From Eledone cirrhosa (Eukaryota): DNA of 64,000 nt. Both the position numbers and the translations under genes were made by a program. How positions within the stretch are numbered: position 1 is the first letter of the stretch; every line of letters starts with the position of its first letter. Below are positions 13,125-29,389 of this stretch, one piece after another. The stretch is taken from contig OZ024743.1 of NCBI GenBank assembly GCA_964016885.1, positions 168,330,001 through 168,394,000 of the forward strand, read 5' to 3'. The notes beneath the pieces are model-generated. The model ran no database searches. It saw only the letters and a list, made by a program, of their open reading frames with translations, and had not been told where the DNA came from.

Positions 13125-15320
13125 AAACTGATTTGAGTATTACAGTTGAAACTCTTAAAGGGCTGGCCCAGATGGTGTGTAGGGGTATTGGATTAAAAAT
13201 ATAACATCCCTCCACCCGAAACTAACAATCATGTTCAATGACTGCTTGATGTCGGGTGAGGTACCAGAGTGGTTGACAAAATGTACCACAGATCTGGTAA
13301 TGAAAGACCGAATCAAGGGTAATGATGTTACCAACTATAGACCTATCACATGTCTTTCCGTAATGTGGAAACTGTTAACAAGCATTATGTCTGAGGAAAT
13401 CTACCATCACCTTCACATAAACAGCTTGTTACCGGACGAACAGAAAGGATGCCGAAAGAAGTCCCATGGTACAAAAGAGCAGTTACTTATTGATAAGATG
13501 GTAATGAGGAATTGCAAGAGGAGACACACTGGTCTTGCCATGGGATTGATAGATTACAAAAAGACTTTCGACATGGTACCACATTCTTGGCTAACAGTTG
13601 ATGAGCAAAAGTATGAAGTCCTGGGAAACAGAGTTAACATCGGGTGGAGAATCCTTGGGAGGCGTGAAGATCAAGAGAGGTATCTTCCAGTGGATAGTTT
13701 GTCCCCTGTGTTGTTTTTCCTCGCCCTGATACCCCTGACCATTATACTGCGATAAGTGAGAGTAGGATACAGTTGGGAAAAGGAGAGCTTACCATCAACC
13801 ACCTCCTCTTCATGGACGATCTTAAACTCTTAAGAGTGAGAAGGAGTTGGATGTACTTGTTGACACTGACCGTATTTTCAGCAATGATATATGTATGCAA
13901 TTTGGTATTAATAAGTGTGGAGTCCTAGTGACGAAGAGGGATAAATTGAGGAGAAGCAACGGAATCCAGGTACCAACAGGTGAGATGATAAAGGAAATTG
14001 ACACTGAAGAAGGATACAAATATTTAGCTGTTCTGGAGGCAGATGACATCAAGAACAAAAAAATGAAGGAATTGATAAGATCTGAGTATATTAGGAGAGT
14101 AAGGAGCGTATTAAAATCACATCTGAATAGTAGGAATGTCATAAGTGCAATGAATTCCCGAGCTGTGTCTATTATTAGGTACAGTGCGGGAATTCTGAGA
14201 TGGAATGTTGCTGAACAAAAAGAAATGGATAGGAAGACTAGGAAGCTATTGACTATCTACAACACGTTCCACAAGAGGAGTGATGTCGATAGACTCTACT
14301 TAAAGAGATCTGAAGGTGGAAGATGTCTTATCAGCATATAGGACTGTGTTCAGATGGAGAAAAACAACCTGCACAAATACGTGACTGACAGTAGGGAGCC
14401 AATGCTCAGAATTATACTGAAGGAGAGGACAATAGACCAGGGGATGTCCAAGGAGGAAATAACAACAAGGAGAAAGAGCAACCTTCATTAAAAATCCCTT
14501 CATAGTACCTTCTTTGAGAAAACTGAATTTAGATATCCACAGACATGGAACTGGTTAAAAAGAGGAGACCTTAAAAAGGCTACAGAAGGAATGCTAATGG
14601 CTGCGCAAGAGCAGGTCCTCGGAACGCAGTGGGTGAAGCACCATATTTACAAGGAGGAGGCTAGCCCACTGTGTAGGATCTGTGGAGAGAGAGGAGACTG
14701 TGGCTCACCTTGTATCCGAGTGTAAACACCTAGCCCAGACTCACTATAAGGGCTGGAGACATGATGTGATGGGCAGGGTGAACCACTGGCACCTATGCAA
14801 AGTAAACAATTTACCACATTCTGAGAAGTGGTATGAGCATAAGCCAGAGTCGGTGATAGAAAACGATCAGGTGAAGGTGCTGTGGGATTTTAGGATACAG
14901 ACGGACAAGAAACTGGAACACAATAGACCTGACCTGGTGGTTTTGGACAAGGAAAAAAGATCGTGCTTGATTGTGGATGTGGCCTGCCCATTCGACACGA
15001 GAGTGCAAGAGAAGGAGAGGGAGAAAATTAACCGATACCAGGACTTAAAGTGGGAGGTAAAAAGGATTTGGAACTGCCATGAGGTCAAAGTGTCACAGGC
15101 GCACTAGGTACTATCTCAAAAAGTTTCCAGGGATGGTTAAAGAAAATTGGCCCCACCACGCTTTTTGGAACGCTTCAAAAGGCATGCTTGCTGGGAACAG
15201 CAAGAACCCTCCGATACGTCCTGAATATCTGAGGTAGTGGCTTGATATTCATTTCAACAAACTTTCCAGTTAACTAACATCAGTGTCTGAGACTCAAAGA
15301 ACAATAATAAATAATAATAT
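13125..15320 (+). mobile_element. R4/Dong-like non-LTR retrotransposon (RT + restriction-like endonuclease), 5' truncated
   Basis: NYRPITCL, EQKGCR, DYKK.FD.VPH, FMDD, zinc knuckle, RHD, RPDLVV..D..IVDVACPFD..EK..Y. Flanked by TAA repeats. Confidence 0.9.
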
Positions 15321-16794
15321 AGGAGCGGGCTGAATAACATCATGGACGCCCATAACGAAGCTCCCAAGATTTGAAATAAATCGAACACCATCGACAAAAC
15401 AATAATAAAAACACTAAGAAAACGAACTGGAAACATAATGGACGAATACCAAAGAAGTCTACAAAAAATAAATTTTGTACACGGATCGTCCTTATAACAC
15501 TTTTCTTCATTAAAATAACGGACCACATGTGGAAATATAGAAACTGAATATCAGCCGCATCACTATTCAGAATTTTAAATCAAAACAAAAAGAAAAACGA
15601 TATATGTAAGTAACAAACTCTATTGATTATATTACACATACATGTATTATAAACACAACGAAAAATGTACACAAAACAAACATGCTGATATACAGACGTT
15701 CACACTTTGAACTTAACGAAAAAACTATTTGAAGAGAAACAGTCGGACGGCACACGTTGCTTATTTCGAGGAGTAAGTTTTTGTATAATTTGGTATTCCC
15801 TAACACGAAAGTTAGACAAATTATTTCACCACTTATCTCTACAAATAATCTGACACTAGTTGTGAGAGATGCATAAATATGTTTTTATATATTTACCCAT
15901 TACAATCGCTGTTTACATAAACAATTGTTTGAAGAAAAGAAACAGACATAGATCGAGAAACACCCTGTTTATTTCGGGGGATAAGTGCTGTTTAATCAAA
16001 AATCCGACTAATTATTATGCAATCATCTCTGTGGCTGAAGATGTGAAGGGTGCATATATATTTTTTAATATTTCCCCAATACAATTTCCTTTATTTACAT
16101 TTTGGTCGATTGTGGCTAAATTTCAGATTTTGAAAGGAAAATGGACAGTTGAAAGATCACTTCTCTCTCCCACCACCACATTCACAACCACTTCCTCACA
16201 CATTCACACCAGTAAATCCCCAATCTATTTTTAGACTACTGTCACTGACTGCTACCTACCTTCTTTCTCAGTGTCTAATGTGTGGGTATATATATATGTG
16301 TGTATATACATACGTGTGTATAAGTATGCACGTGTTAATGTATATTTATGTATGTGTATGGAGCCCACATAAAGGACAAAACAAAGGGGAAGAAAAAAGA
16401 ATACTAGCACCCTATTTACACCTCAAACTCAAAATAGACAGAAAATGACATCGGAGAAGCAACTCCTATAAGCTACAATGTCACCCTACCCATTACCACT
16501 CCCAGCACCCCCACCCCCAGCATTAATCTCCCTGCCACCACCACTAACACCACTCATACCACAAGAACAGTTGAGAAAATTCTCGTACATCTCTTACATA
16601 ATAATATCACCTCAATCAACAACAGCAATGACCATAACTATACTGTTATAATAGTAATAATGATCTCAGTGCCAGCCAGCAAATGCACTACCCAAAGAGC
16701 CGGGCAACTTTCCATGTACGTCCAATACCATGCGTAACGCAAGCATGTACTACAAGATGAACAAATAAAAATTAATACACAATACCAAATCGTT

Positions 16795-17357
16795 TTTCCT
16801 ATGGTTAATCAGGAAGGTGCCAACCTGAGATCGAAAAGACCTCCTCTGGCACAAACTCTTCTCCAATTATGGACCTGGATGGTCACTTGATCGGGAATTG
16901 CCCCAACTCGAGCCCTCCAGATCCACCACCCAAACCACCTCAAAAAGAAAAACCTAAAAGGATGAAATGGACCCGAGAAGAGTAAAAAGAAGTAATATAT
17001 GCATATTACTATGCATTAGGTAAGCCATCACAAGACAGACACACTTTAAACTCCTACAAAATCTGGAAAACTGGGAATCAAGCTAGCAGACGTGATATGG
17101 ATGGAAATAAGTTGGCAAATGTAAGGAGGTATACTTCAGAAATAATAGACTCACAGACACTAACTGAACTAACTGCCATCAAACAGGCTGTGGAGATTGA
17201 CATAAATATAAATGATGAAAGAACTGAAGAATCTCTTGGAGATAGTAACCAGTCACAAGTCTTTACTGAAAGACTACCATCTGACCAAATCACAAATAGG
17301 TTTGTAGAAATGAGAAGCCCAATTGAACCCGCTGAAAATAATCAGGAGAGGGACTTT
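16795..17357 (+). mobile_element. N-terminal fragment of an R4/Dong-like element
   Basis: KRMKWTREE.KEVIYAYYYA...LANVRR resembles the R4-clade N-terminal domain. Confidence 0.5.
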
Positions 17358-18274
17358 GAGTTATTTGTTTTGTTGATTATTCAACATTAAGTTCATATGT
17401 CGATACGTCACTATCTTTAAACCAAATATTGTATTTTATCTGACGAAAGCGTACCAAAATACTGGTACCCTTAAAATATGTATAATACATATATATGGTT
17501 TTATAAAGATATTTTCCATTTATTAACATTATTGATATTATACTCTAGAAGTTAAGTGCTTCTAATCTGTTGTAAATTGACTTTGTTGAATAATCAACAA
17601 AACAAATAACTCATCGTTTACACTTAGCTACTTTATATAGATCGCTTTACTCTATAACAGATTTTAAATAATAAATGATGGAATATTTTAAGATCTCTTC
17701 ATCTCACAACGATGTACCTTTACTAAGTAATAAGAAATACATGAAACAGCTAATTGAAAAATCAGATTCTTTCGTCAGGAGACTCCGCTGGCGTGCTTTC
17801 CATTTTGAAAAGACCAAATCTAAATATAACTTCGATCTTATAGAATCCACCATTCAATAAACTTTTAGCTCAGTTCGAAAACGAACTAATAAGTATAATA
17901 CAAGGTATTAATTAAAAAAAAAACAATACAAAGGTCAGGAAAACCTCAAAGGCCTCAAAAATAAAATGGATAACTTGAAAAAAACAAATAAGATCCTCTG
18001 ACAAAACTAACAACTTATATGGAATTGAAAAGGGAGACTACAATAACTTAATACTGAAAGAACTTAGAAAGAATTATAAAAAGACCTCTAAAGATAATCT
18101 ATCAACCTTAAACAAGGAAGCTTGTGAAGTTATCTACAAATTAGTAATTGAAAGTAGGACTGACCTCTTCATACCAAGGCAATTGAAGATAAATAAGAAA
18201 GGCAATAAAATATATTTTGAAGCAGAACTACCAGTCAGACTTATAGCGCCGTCTAAATCCGATTTAGGTATTAT

Positions 18275-18390
18275 TATTCAAATCCCACCGAGGTTAACTT
18301 TGCCTTTCATCCTTACGGGGTCGATAAAATAAAGTACCAGTAATGCACTGGGTAATTGATGGCCTTGTGCCAAAAGTAGAAACAATTATT
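18275..18390 (+). mobile_element. 5'-truncated SINE inside the PLE RT
   Basis: TTCAAATCCCACCGAGG...central domain...AAAAGTAGAAACAATT. Confidence 0.8.
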
Positions 18391-20659
18391 AAAAATATAC
18401 TTGATAGAATTTTACCAATACTTAAACATAAATCATATCTCAAACTTTGGAATGGTACAAATGAAGTCGTAGATATTAAATCTAAAAATAACACAAAATT
18501 TATACAAATGGATATAGCTAACTACTATTCTTCAATAACTCCTAATTTACTTAATAAACACTAGTTCACGCATCAAAACATACTGACTTATCTAGCGAGG
18601 AAATAAACATTATTCTAACTGCCCGTAAAATTCTTATTAAATTTAACAATGATCTCTGGACTAGAGCTGATAGACAGAACAACTTCGATATCACAATGGC
18701 CTCGTCTGATTCAGCTCAGGTAACAGACTTAGTTGGAATATTCATTCTTAATGCATTACATAGGAAACTGCCGGAGATTGCCGGAGATTTATATCGCGAT
18801 GATGCGTTATTTATAATTGATAAACATAACAATAGTTAACTCAGCAGAAAAAAGAAAATTATTATAGAATTTTTTAATAATGATGACCTTAAATTAGAAA
18901 TCATCTTCTTCTTTTCGTATCTTCGAAGCATGTTTCCTATTTCTTTACACAGTCCTTTGCATTATTATTAAATTCTGCGAGATCTTTTAAGCTGCACTGT
19001 TTAGGTAGTAGAGGGCAAAGAAGGCAGTGCTGCATTGTATTGTCCTCCTCTCCGCATTAGAAATAAAAAATAAATGATAAAATTAGAAATAGAAAATGAT
19101 AATAAAATTGTTAATTTCTTCGACGTTACATTAAACCTTAACTCAGGGCTATATTACCCGTCTCATTAGATTAATGAAAACCTAAACTAAGTCAGATTCT
19201 ACTCTAACCACCCTAGAAATGTTTTAAAATCTATAGTTAATAGCGTCCAGCAAAGAATATCAAGAATTTCCGCTAATAAAAATATATTTGATAACAAAGC
19301 AGAATATTACAACGATGCCCTACACAGAGCCGGTTACAATAATAAAATTAACTACATAGTTAAGAATAGTATACACCAACCTCCTAAAATTTACAATAGT
19401 ATTAATAATAAACAAATTAACCAAAATAATAAATCAAACAAAAAAGCTAGAACTAGAAATTATATTTGGTATTCTCCTCCAATTTCGTTAGGAATTATGA
19501 CACCTTTAGCACACCAATTTTTTACGGCTTTAGATAAATGTTTTCCTAAATCCCATAAATATCACTCTATTTTTAACAGACATACAATCAAACTCTCTTA
19601 CTCTACTACTATGAATATAGCGCAAAATATTAATAGAATTAATAATAGGAACTTAAAATTAAACTCAACCCAAATAAACCCGAATAGCAATAACAATATT
19701 ACTAATAACATTATATATAATAATAATAATTATACCGTTTCTCTAAACAACAATTTTAGAAAATGTAATTGCAGAAATAACATATATTGCCCTTTACAGA
19801 ATAATTGCCTAGATACAAATTTTGTATACACATGCACCATAAAAACTAGAGATAGATTATAAAATTCTCTAGGAGCTACTTCTATAATATTTAAGGACCG
19901 TTAGTATAATCATGAACATAATTTCAAAGGATTGGACAAAAAATTCTCAACCTCACTATCACATTTAATTTGGTCTTTAAATGACAATAATACTAACTAT
20001 TCGATCTCTTGGCGAATGGTATCGAAAGCGCCTGTTTACCAAAATATGGCTCTCTCAATAATTTGTCATCTCTGTTTTGAAGAAATATTTATATAATTAC
20101 CAATCCTAGTGATACTATAAACAAAAAAATGAGATATTTAATTCTTGCTTGCATCGATTTTTCAGAACATTTAAAAAATATTTATAATTTATAGAAAATC
20201 CTGCACATAGCTTTATAAGTTGCCTAGTTACAATATATATGTCTTTGGTTGTTTTTAAATGTGTTTTTAAAGGTGTTTTTGAAGATTTTAAATGGATTTT
20301 CTAAAGGTTTTTATAAGTTTTTAAATTTATACATACAAATACTTAATATTGTCAAATTTATACATAGATACACTTATTGTTATCAAAATCTATACATAGA
20401 AAGTTTTATCTTTTTATTAATATCTTGAACATATTTATTATATGGTGCTCTGAAATCACATATAGATTTTTACTTATATTGTAATTAGAATTTAAATTGT
20501 AATTAATTATTAGGTTAAACATTAGATCTAACTATATATCTTCAAATAACTTACTCTTTAAATTAATAAAAATTAGAATTATCTTTTCCTATACGAGACA
20601 TTCAAACTTTACATAAATGTTTAAATTGTTTAGATAGAAACATAGCTATAAGGTCGCGC

Positions 20660-21005
20660 CCTTTCAACAGTAATACTATACTATATATTTTCAACAGTGA
20701 TACTATACTATACTATACTATACTATATATTTTCCACAGTAATACTATACTATATATTTTTAACAGTAATACTGTACTACATATTTTCAACAGTAATACT
20801 GTATTATACTATATATTTTCAACAGTAATACTGTATATACTATATATTTTCAACAGTAATACTATATGTTTTCAACAGTAATATTATACTATATATTTTC
20901 AACAGTAATACTGTACTATACTATATATTTTCAACAGTAATACTGTACTATATATTTTCAACAGTAATACTGTACTATATATTTTCAACAGTAATACTAT
21001 ACTAC
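20660..21005. repeat. Minisatellite, about 27-32 bp unit
   Basis: About 11 copies of tatatattttcaacagtaatactgtac(tatac). Confidence 0.9.
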
Positions 21006-21568
21006 ACAGACGGCTTATCGTCTGTTTATCCAAGCGAAGCTAGGTACATCAGCTATATATATATATATGGATGCCGTAGAACATGCCAATGGTAGCCGGG
21101 CGCCAGCCGGACGGGCCAGATAGTTAAATAAATAAAAATAAGTATAATTATTTCATTCCTTCTATACCCATGTAAATATGTTCGGATGTATATATACATA
21201 TTTCTATAAATATTCCGAAAGTAGCTGTAAATATTTATCTTAATATTTTTTTTTTCAATTTTAATAGTAAACTTTTTTTAAAAAAACAATTAAGATAATT
21301 ATTTAAATATATCTAGCGTCTAAACTTAACGGTCCTTTTGAGTTTTAACGTTATCCTCATTAGCATATTTATCCTGAGTTTTGAATATTTATTCACTATC
21401 TGCATTGAACTCATAACATTAAGTTCATAAGTCGATATGTCACTATCTTTAAACCGAATATTGTATTTTATCTGACGAAAGCGTACCAAAATACTGGTAC
21501 CCTTGAAATATGTATAATAAAATAAATATAGTTTTATAAAGATATTTTTCCATTTATTAATATTATTG

Positions 21569-23210
<1,642 letters not shown>

Positions 23211-23272
23211 ATATATATGTATATATAAAGTTCATATGAATTATCTAAGATTGAGTTTTACACACACACATA

Positions 23273-23336
<64 letters not shown>

Positions 23337-23435
23337 AGTGTATGTGTGTGTTTGTATTTGGTTGTGCGTTTTTGTGATTTGTACGTATTTGTATGTGTAT
23401 AATTGTATAGCTATGTATGTATGTGTGTGTGTATG

Positions 23436-23468
<33 letters not shown>

Positions 23469-23471
23469 ATT

Positions 23472-23538
<67 letters not shown>

Positions 23539-23675
23539 GTATATGTGTGTGTATATATGTATATGTGTGTGTGTGCGTGTTTGTGTATGTATGTATTTGT
23601 GTATGTGTATGTATGTGTTTATGTATTTGTATATGTATATTTATGTGTGAGAGTGTGTGTATGTATGAGTGTATG

Positions 23676-23706
<31 letters not shown>

Positions 23707-23863
23707 CTGTATGTATGCTTTTGTGTGTGTGTGTTTGTGTGTGTGTGATAGCATGTGTGGTTTTATTTTATTTTTCCCTTCCTTCTTCTTTCTCCAGCCT
23801 CACTTTCATATAGATTGCATTTTTGTTTTTAAAATCTAAATTCAATGAACAGACCAGGATTTT

Positions 23864-23921
23864 TTCATTCTGAGGATTGAAAGCAAAATTTTTTGCTTTT
23901 AAGAAACCACTGGTAAATGGA
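23864..23921 (+). ncRNA. Type-I hammerhead in PLE pLTR
   Basis: TTCATT-CTGAGGA-TTGAAAGCAAAA tt TTTTGCTTTTAA-GAAA-CCACTGG-TA-AATGGA. Confidence 0.85.
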
Positions 23922-24068
23922 ATAATTGCTTTATGTTGTTTATTACATAACTATTAAGCTCTGTTACCTACATAGAGCACTCATTTTTCCTGGACTTTTC
24001 CGACGGAATTACTTCATTTATATATATATATATATAGTTATGTAATAAACAACATAAGATAATTATTT

Positions 24069-24124
24069 GATTTACCAGTGGTTTCTTGAAAGCAAACAAA
24101 ATTTGCTTTCAGTCATCAGAATGA
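24069..24124 (-). ncRNA. Type-I hammerhead in inverted PLE pLTR
   Basis: Minus: CATT-CTGATGA-CTGAAAGCAAA...TTTGCTTTCAA-GAAA-CCACTGG-TA-AAT. Confidence 0.85.
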
Positions 24125-24291
24125 AAAAATCCTGGTGTATTTATTGTCAGTGGATTTTAAAAAAAATATATAAACTATATGAAAGTGAGGCTGGAAAAGG
24201 AAGAAGGAAAGGAAAAAGAATAAATATAAAAGCAGATAAACACACATGCACACACACACACACACACACCCATATACATACACACATACAA

Positions 24292-24330
<39 letters not shown>

Positions 24331-24347
24331 CACACATATATACTCAT

Positions 24348-24379
<32 letters not shown>

Positions 24380-24494
24380 CGGATATTATTTATCGTGATT
24401 TCGTGGGCTGATATTCCGATTCTCGATTATTCTACTATATATATATATCCATACATACACATACACATAAATACACAAACACACATACACACAG

Positions 24495-24537
<43 letters not shown>

Positions 24538-24881
24538 TAATCATACATATATACACACGTACATACACACACATACATACACACATATAAAGACGCATAC
24601 ATACGCACACACATATATAGATATATGTACACACACCTACATACGCACACACACAATTAATTATAAGAAAACATAAAAATAAAAAAACAATGGGCAACCA
24701 TATAATGCAATAGGCCGTCACATAAAAAAAAATATACGACTTAAGAAAATAAAAATTATTATAAAGTTGACAGCGATACAGGAAAGGACACAAATAAATA
24801 AACGAACACACATGGTAAGCAATACATACATTTACACATACACATACATACATATAAATATATACATACACACACACCCAT

Positions 24882-24944
<63 letters not shown>

Positions 24945-24947
24945 TGT

Positions 24948-25074
<127 letters not shown>

Positions 25075-25109
25075 AAAATACATAAATATTATATATATAT
25101 ATAAATAAA

Positions 25110-25478
25110 AGAGGTGGGTATGTAAAGGGTAAGGTAGAAAGTAGGGTGGAATAAGGAAAATAAATAATATAGGAAAAAGTTTAAATATAATGGGAGATAA
25201 GGGAGAAAAAGAATATAAGAGTACAGAAAGTGAGTTCAGAGAGTAATAAAAATCGTAGTGGATGTAAGGCGTAGAGAGCAGAGAAGTTCAAGGTGGTTGG
25301 GTCATCGTAGGAATGTCAATCCAGTTACAGAGCAGATGTGATTTCAGGTGAGGACAACATCTGAAGATCTCGGTCTTGGAGTTGCAAGTTTTGTAGAATT
25401 CTAAATTTTTCCAGTGGTACACAAAGAACAATTCTTTGTGTCCCTTTGGTATTTCCTCGAATAGTCTAAAATAGACCA
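25110..25478 (-). mobile_element. Inverted PLE EN end and 3' UTR, same family as 22010-22860
   Basis: [26 protein letters not shown]. Confidence 0.85.
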
Positions 25479-25495
25479 ATGGAATTACTTCGTTC

Positions 25496-25633
<138 letters not shown>

Positions 25634-25673
25634 TATATAATTTATATATATATATAATATATATATATCTATA

Positions 25674-26575
25674 TCTATATATATAAAACTGAGGTTGTCT
25701 GTCTGTCTGTATACTAAAACGGTCGGCACACATCTCCTCCTAAACCGTACGTTCACATTTCGGTGAAATTGCTACAGTTATAGAAGGGGCGGCGGAGATA
25801 TCGGTTAAAAAAAAATTCAAATCGACCCACGCCAAGTGCAAAAATCGAATTTGTAAAGTATTGATTTTTCAGTTCAAACGTATAAATAGAGATGAGAGAC
25901 GAGTTATTTCCATTTTATGGCGTCATTTGTTTATCTATTTACGTTACGAACAAACTACGCGTGCAAAAGTACAAAAAATACGCAAACTGTTTTCGAACCA
26001 ATAAAATTTTAACCTGCAAAATTCATGAGTTCGAAGTTTCAACATTAAGCTTCCATTTGCTTCATTTCCATTAAAAAGTCTTTTAAAACAATATTTTTAC
26101 TTGAAACCAAGCCTATTTGAATACACCGTAAAACAAGGAAATATTATATAAAAAATAGCATTCATCTCGAATAAAGCCTTATGAGATTTTCATTTAGAAG
26201 CAATGATTTTAAACTACAGACATATAACGCATTTTTTTATGTTTGTTTTTCATGTCTATCCAATTTCTTTGTTTCAAAATAAATGATAGTTTGGTTACGC
26301 TAATATTTTTCTCTGAGAGAAGTGTTGCAGTGTTTACATTTTCGATTTGTTAATAGATTACCAGTGCAGTTTTTATCCACAGCAACCTCATTTCTTTTAA
26401 CATTCGAGTTATGGTTATGTTTTCTTAACTTCATAAGTCATACTGTTAGTTGAGGGTATATTAATCAAAAGTACCACATGTAGAGTCTCCAGTTTTTAAG
26501 CCAAGAAAGGAACTTAACATTGTAACTTTAACACAGCCTTAAGCAGTACTGAGCAACGCCTGGCTTTACTGCTAG
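25674..26575 (+). mobile_element. Non-autonomous Helitron-like element
   Basis: Starts TCTATATATATAAAACTGAG; ends with a hairpin (AGCAGTA...TACTGCT) and CTAG. Confidence 0.55.
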
Positions 26576-26577
26576 TA

Positions 26578-26609
<32 letters not shown>

Positions 26610-26794
26610 ATAGGAGTAAGAAAGACCCCTCTTACTTACTCCTATTACCCACTCTACTACCCTAAGTATTGAGTACTTTGGTGCGTTATGGTCCACCTGG
26701 TTCCTTACCACTTTTCCCTCGCTATATATATAATATATATATATAATATACATATATATATATAATATATATATTTATTAAAATAACAGATTAA

Positions 26795-26845
26795 AGTTTA
26801 AGCAAATAATCGCTGCTTTCACCCTTAACAGGATCTTCTGAAACT
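26795..26845 (-). ncRNA. Hammerhead-like motif with one core change
   Basis: Minus: AGTTT-CAGAAGA-TCC tgttaa GGGT-GAAA-GCA gcgattatt TGC-TT-AAACT. Confidence 0.55.
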
Positions 26846-27359
26846 GACAAAGTCAATCTGTAAACGCAGAACTGGATATTTCAAAAAACGTTACAACCGG
26901 AGGAAGACAGGAAGACGATACTTTGGTTCGTGGAAACGTTCGCTGGCAAAGAACGGGAAAAAACGAATAATACGTCATTAATAGGAGCGGTGAAAAACAA
27001 TTACGCGCGAAGACAGAACCACGTTCATGGTATAAAAGAGGTCGTAGACTAATGTTCTCTTAGGTGGTACATAGAGACGTTCTCTGGCAATGAACGAAAA
27101 AACGAAGATAATACGTCATATGTGGTGCTTGGAGAACAATAGCACGCAAAGACAAAACCACGTAAATGGTATATCAGAAGTCGTAGACAAAAATTCTAAC
27201 AAGGAGACCAACTGAATCTCCGCTACAGAGTTAAGAACAAAGTAAATAAATACAATACAGAAGTAATAGAAATAAATAAATACATACACGCAAACAAATA
27301 CTTACATACACAAGCATACGCAAAAACTTACCATAGGTATACAAAACCACGCACATTTC

Positions 27360-27404
<45 letters not shown>

Positions 27405-27504
27405 AATATATATATATGATATATATATATATATATAATAAATATATATATATGATATATATATAATAAATATATATATATGATATATATATAATAAATA
27501 TATA

Positions 27505-27580
<76 letters not shown>

Positions 27581-27586
<6 letters not shown>

Positions 27587-28727
27587 ATACTTTGGGATGG
27601 TCATGTTGTCAATAAGAAACACACGCACCAGTTACTTTCACTTCAATTTATTATAATAAATTTATAATAAATTTATAAATTTATAAATTTCTGGTTGGTT
27701 GGTTGGTTCCACAACCAGATAGTTGTTTATATATTGTAATAGTTCTTTCGTCACACACTAGAGGGGAATTAGCTTACAAATTTAGAAGGGCCCTAAACAA
27801 ACATAAACTCAATATTAAGATAGTAGACAGACCAGGTACCTCCGTAAAAACACTCATTAGCAAGACATACCCTTTTCAAAGACCCTCATGTATAGATAAT
27901 AAATGTATAACCTGTAAAATAAGCCCCCATATTAAGTGCAAAACTAGAAATGTAGTGTATAGCATAAGATGTACTGAAGGACAATGTAGAGACAAAAATA
28001 TAGTGTACATAGGTCAGACAGCTCGTAGTGTAGGAGAACGGATAAATGAACACTGGCGAGACCTTCAAGATAGTAAAGAATCATCTGTACTCTACCAACA
28101 TGCTAAAATAGAACACAAGGGTAAATTAGAGAACATAGAAATAAAAATAGAATCTACACACAGAAAAGACGTAATGTTTAGACAAATTACAGAGGCAATA
28201 AACATAAAAGAATTACAACCAAAATTAAATAGAAAATATGAGTGGAACAGCAACATCACAACTTACAATTAAGGACAAAATGAAAACACACACACACATA
28301 GAACAAACAACCAACCAGTAACATGTAAATAAACAAATAAATAAATGAACATAAACACACACAGACACCCGGATGTGGCACATGCGCAGACTGAGCACAC
28401 AACACACACACAGAAACAAAATGGCGTAGCAGAGAACAAAGGAGAGGCACAGAAACAAAGAGAGGAATCCCCAGTCACTGAAGAGGTCACAGAGTGTGTG
28501 ACGAAAGAACTATGACAATATATAAACAACTATCTGGTTGTGGAACCAACCAACCAACCAGAAATTTATAAATTTATAAATTTATTATAAATTTATTATA
28601 ATAAATTGAAGTGAAAGCTACTGGTGCGTGTGTTTCTTATTGGCAACATGACCCTCCCAAAGTATAACAATATCGGTTTCAACACACGATTTCAGATAAA
28701 GAATCTTGCTAAACAAATTCAGAAACG

Positions 28728-28730
<3 letters not shown>
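27581..28730 (+). mobile_element. 5'-truncated PLE (GIY-YIG + pLTR) with inverted pLTR
   Basis: EN: C..C..NVVYSIRC..C..YIGQT..R..EH..RQITEA. 27581-27757 inverts 28493-28670; tail at 28671-28730. Confidence 0.9.
28474..28516 (+). ncRNA. Minimal hammerhead in PLE pLTR
   Basis: GTCA-CTGAAGA-G-GTCACA gagtg TGTGAC-GAAA-gaac-TA-TGAC. Confidence 0.85.
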
Positions 28731-28765
<35 letters not shown>

Positions 28766-28954
28766 TATATATATATATGTAATATATATATATATATAAA
28801 TATAGGAACAAGTAAGACCCCGACGGCTGAGCTCAAGCCGTTTCGACGGCTACCCTAAGTATTGAGTAGTACTTTGGTGCGTTATTATCCACCTGGTTCC
28901 TTACCACATTTCCTTCGTTATATATAAATATATATATATATATATAAATATATG

Positions 28955-29014
<60 letters not shown>

Positions 29015-29133
29015 TATATATATATATGTATATATATAATATATATATATATTTTCCATTTTGACGTTATAGTCACGTATATATTATGAAATACTGTTGG
29101 CTTCACGCTCACAATAATTTCTATACTTTCATT

Positions 29134-29236
<103 letters not shown>

Positions 29237-29389
29237 TTATAACGAGAGAAGGACCATAACGCACCAGAGTACTCAATACTTAGGGTAGTAGAGCGGGTAA
29301 TAGGAAAATGTTTAACCCCGACGGCAGAGCTCAAGCCGTCGCGGTTAAACATTGTCCTAATGTATATATATATATATATATATATAAAT

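Noticed and set aside
20660-21005. CRISPR-like periodic repeat
   Set aside because: No unique spacers, no cas genes and a eukaryotic context; it is a minisatellite.
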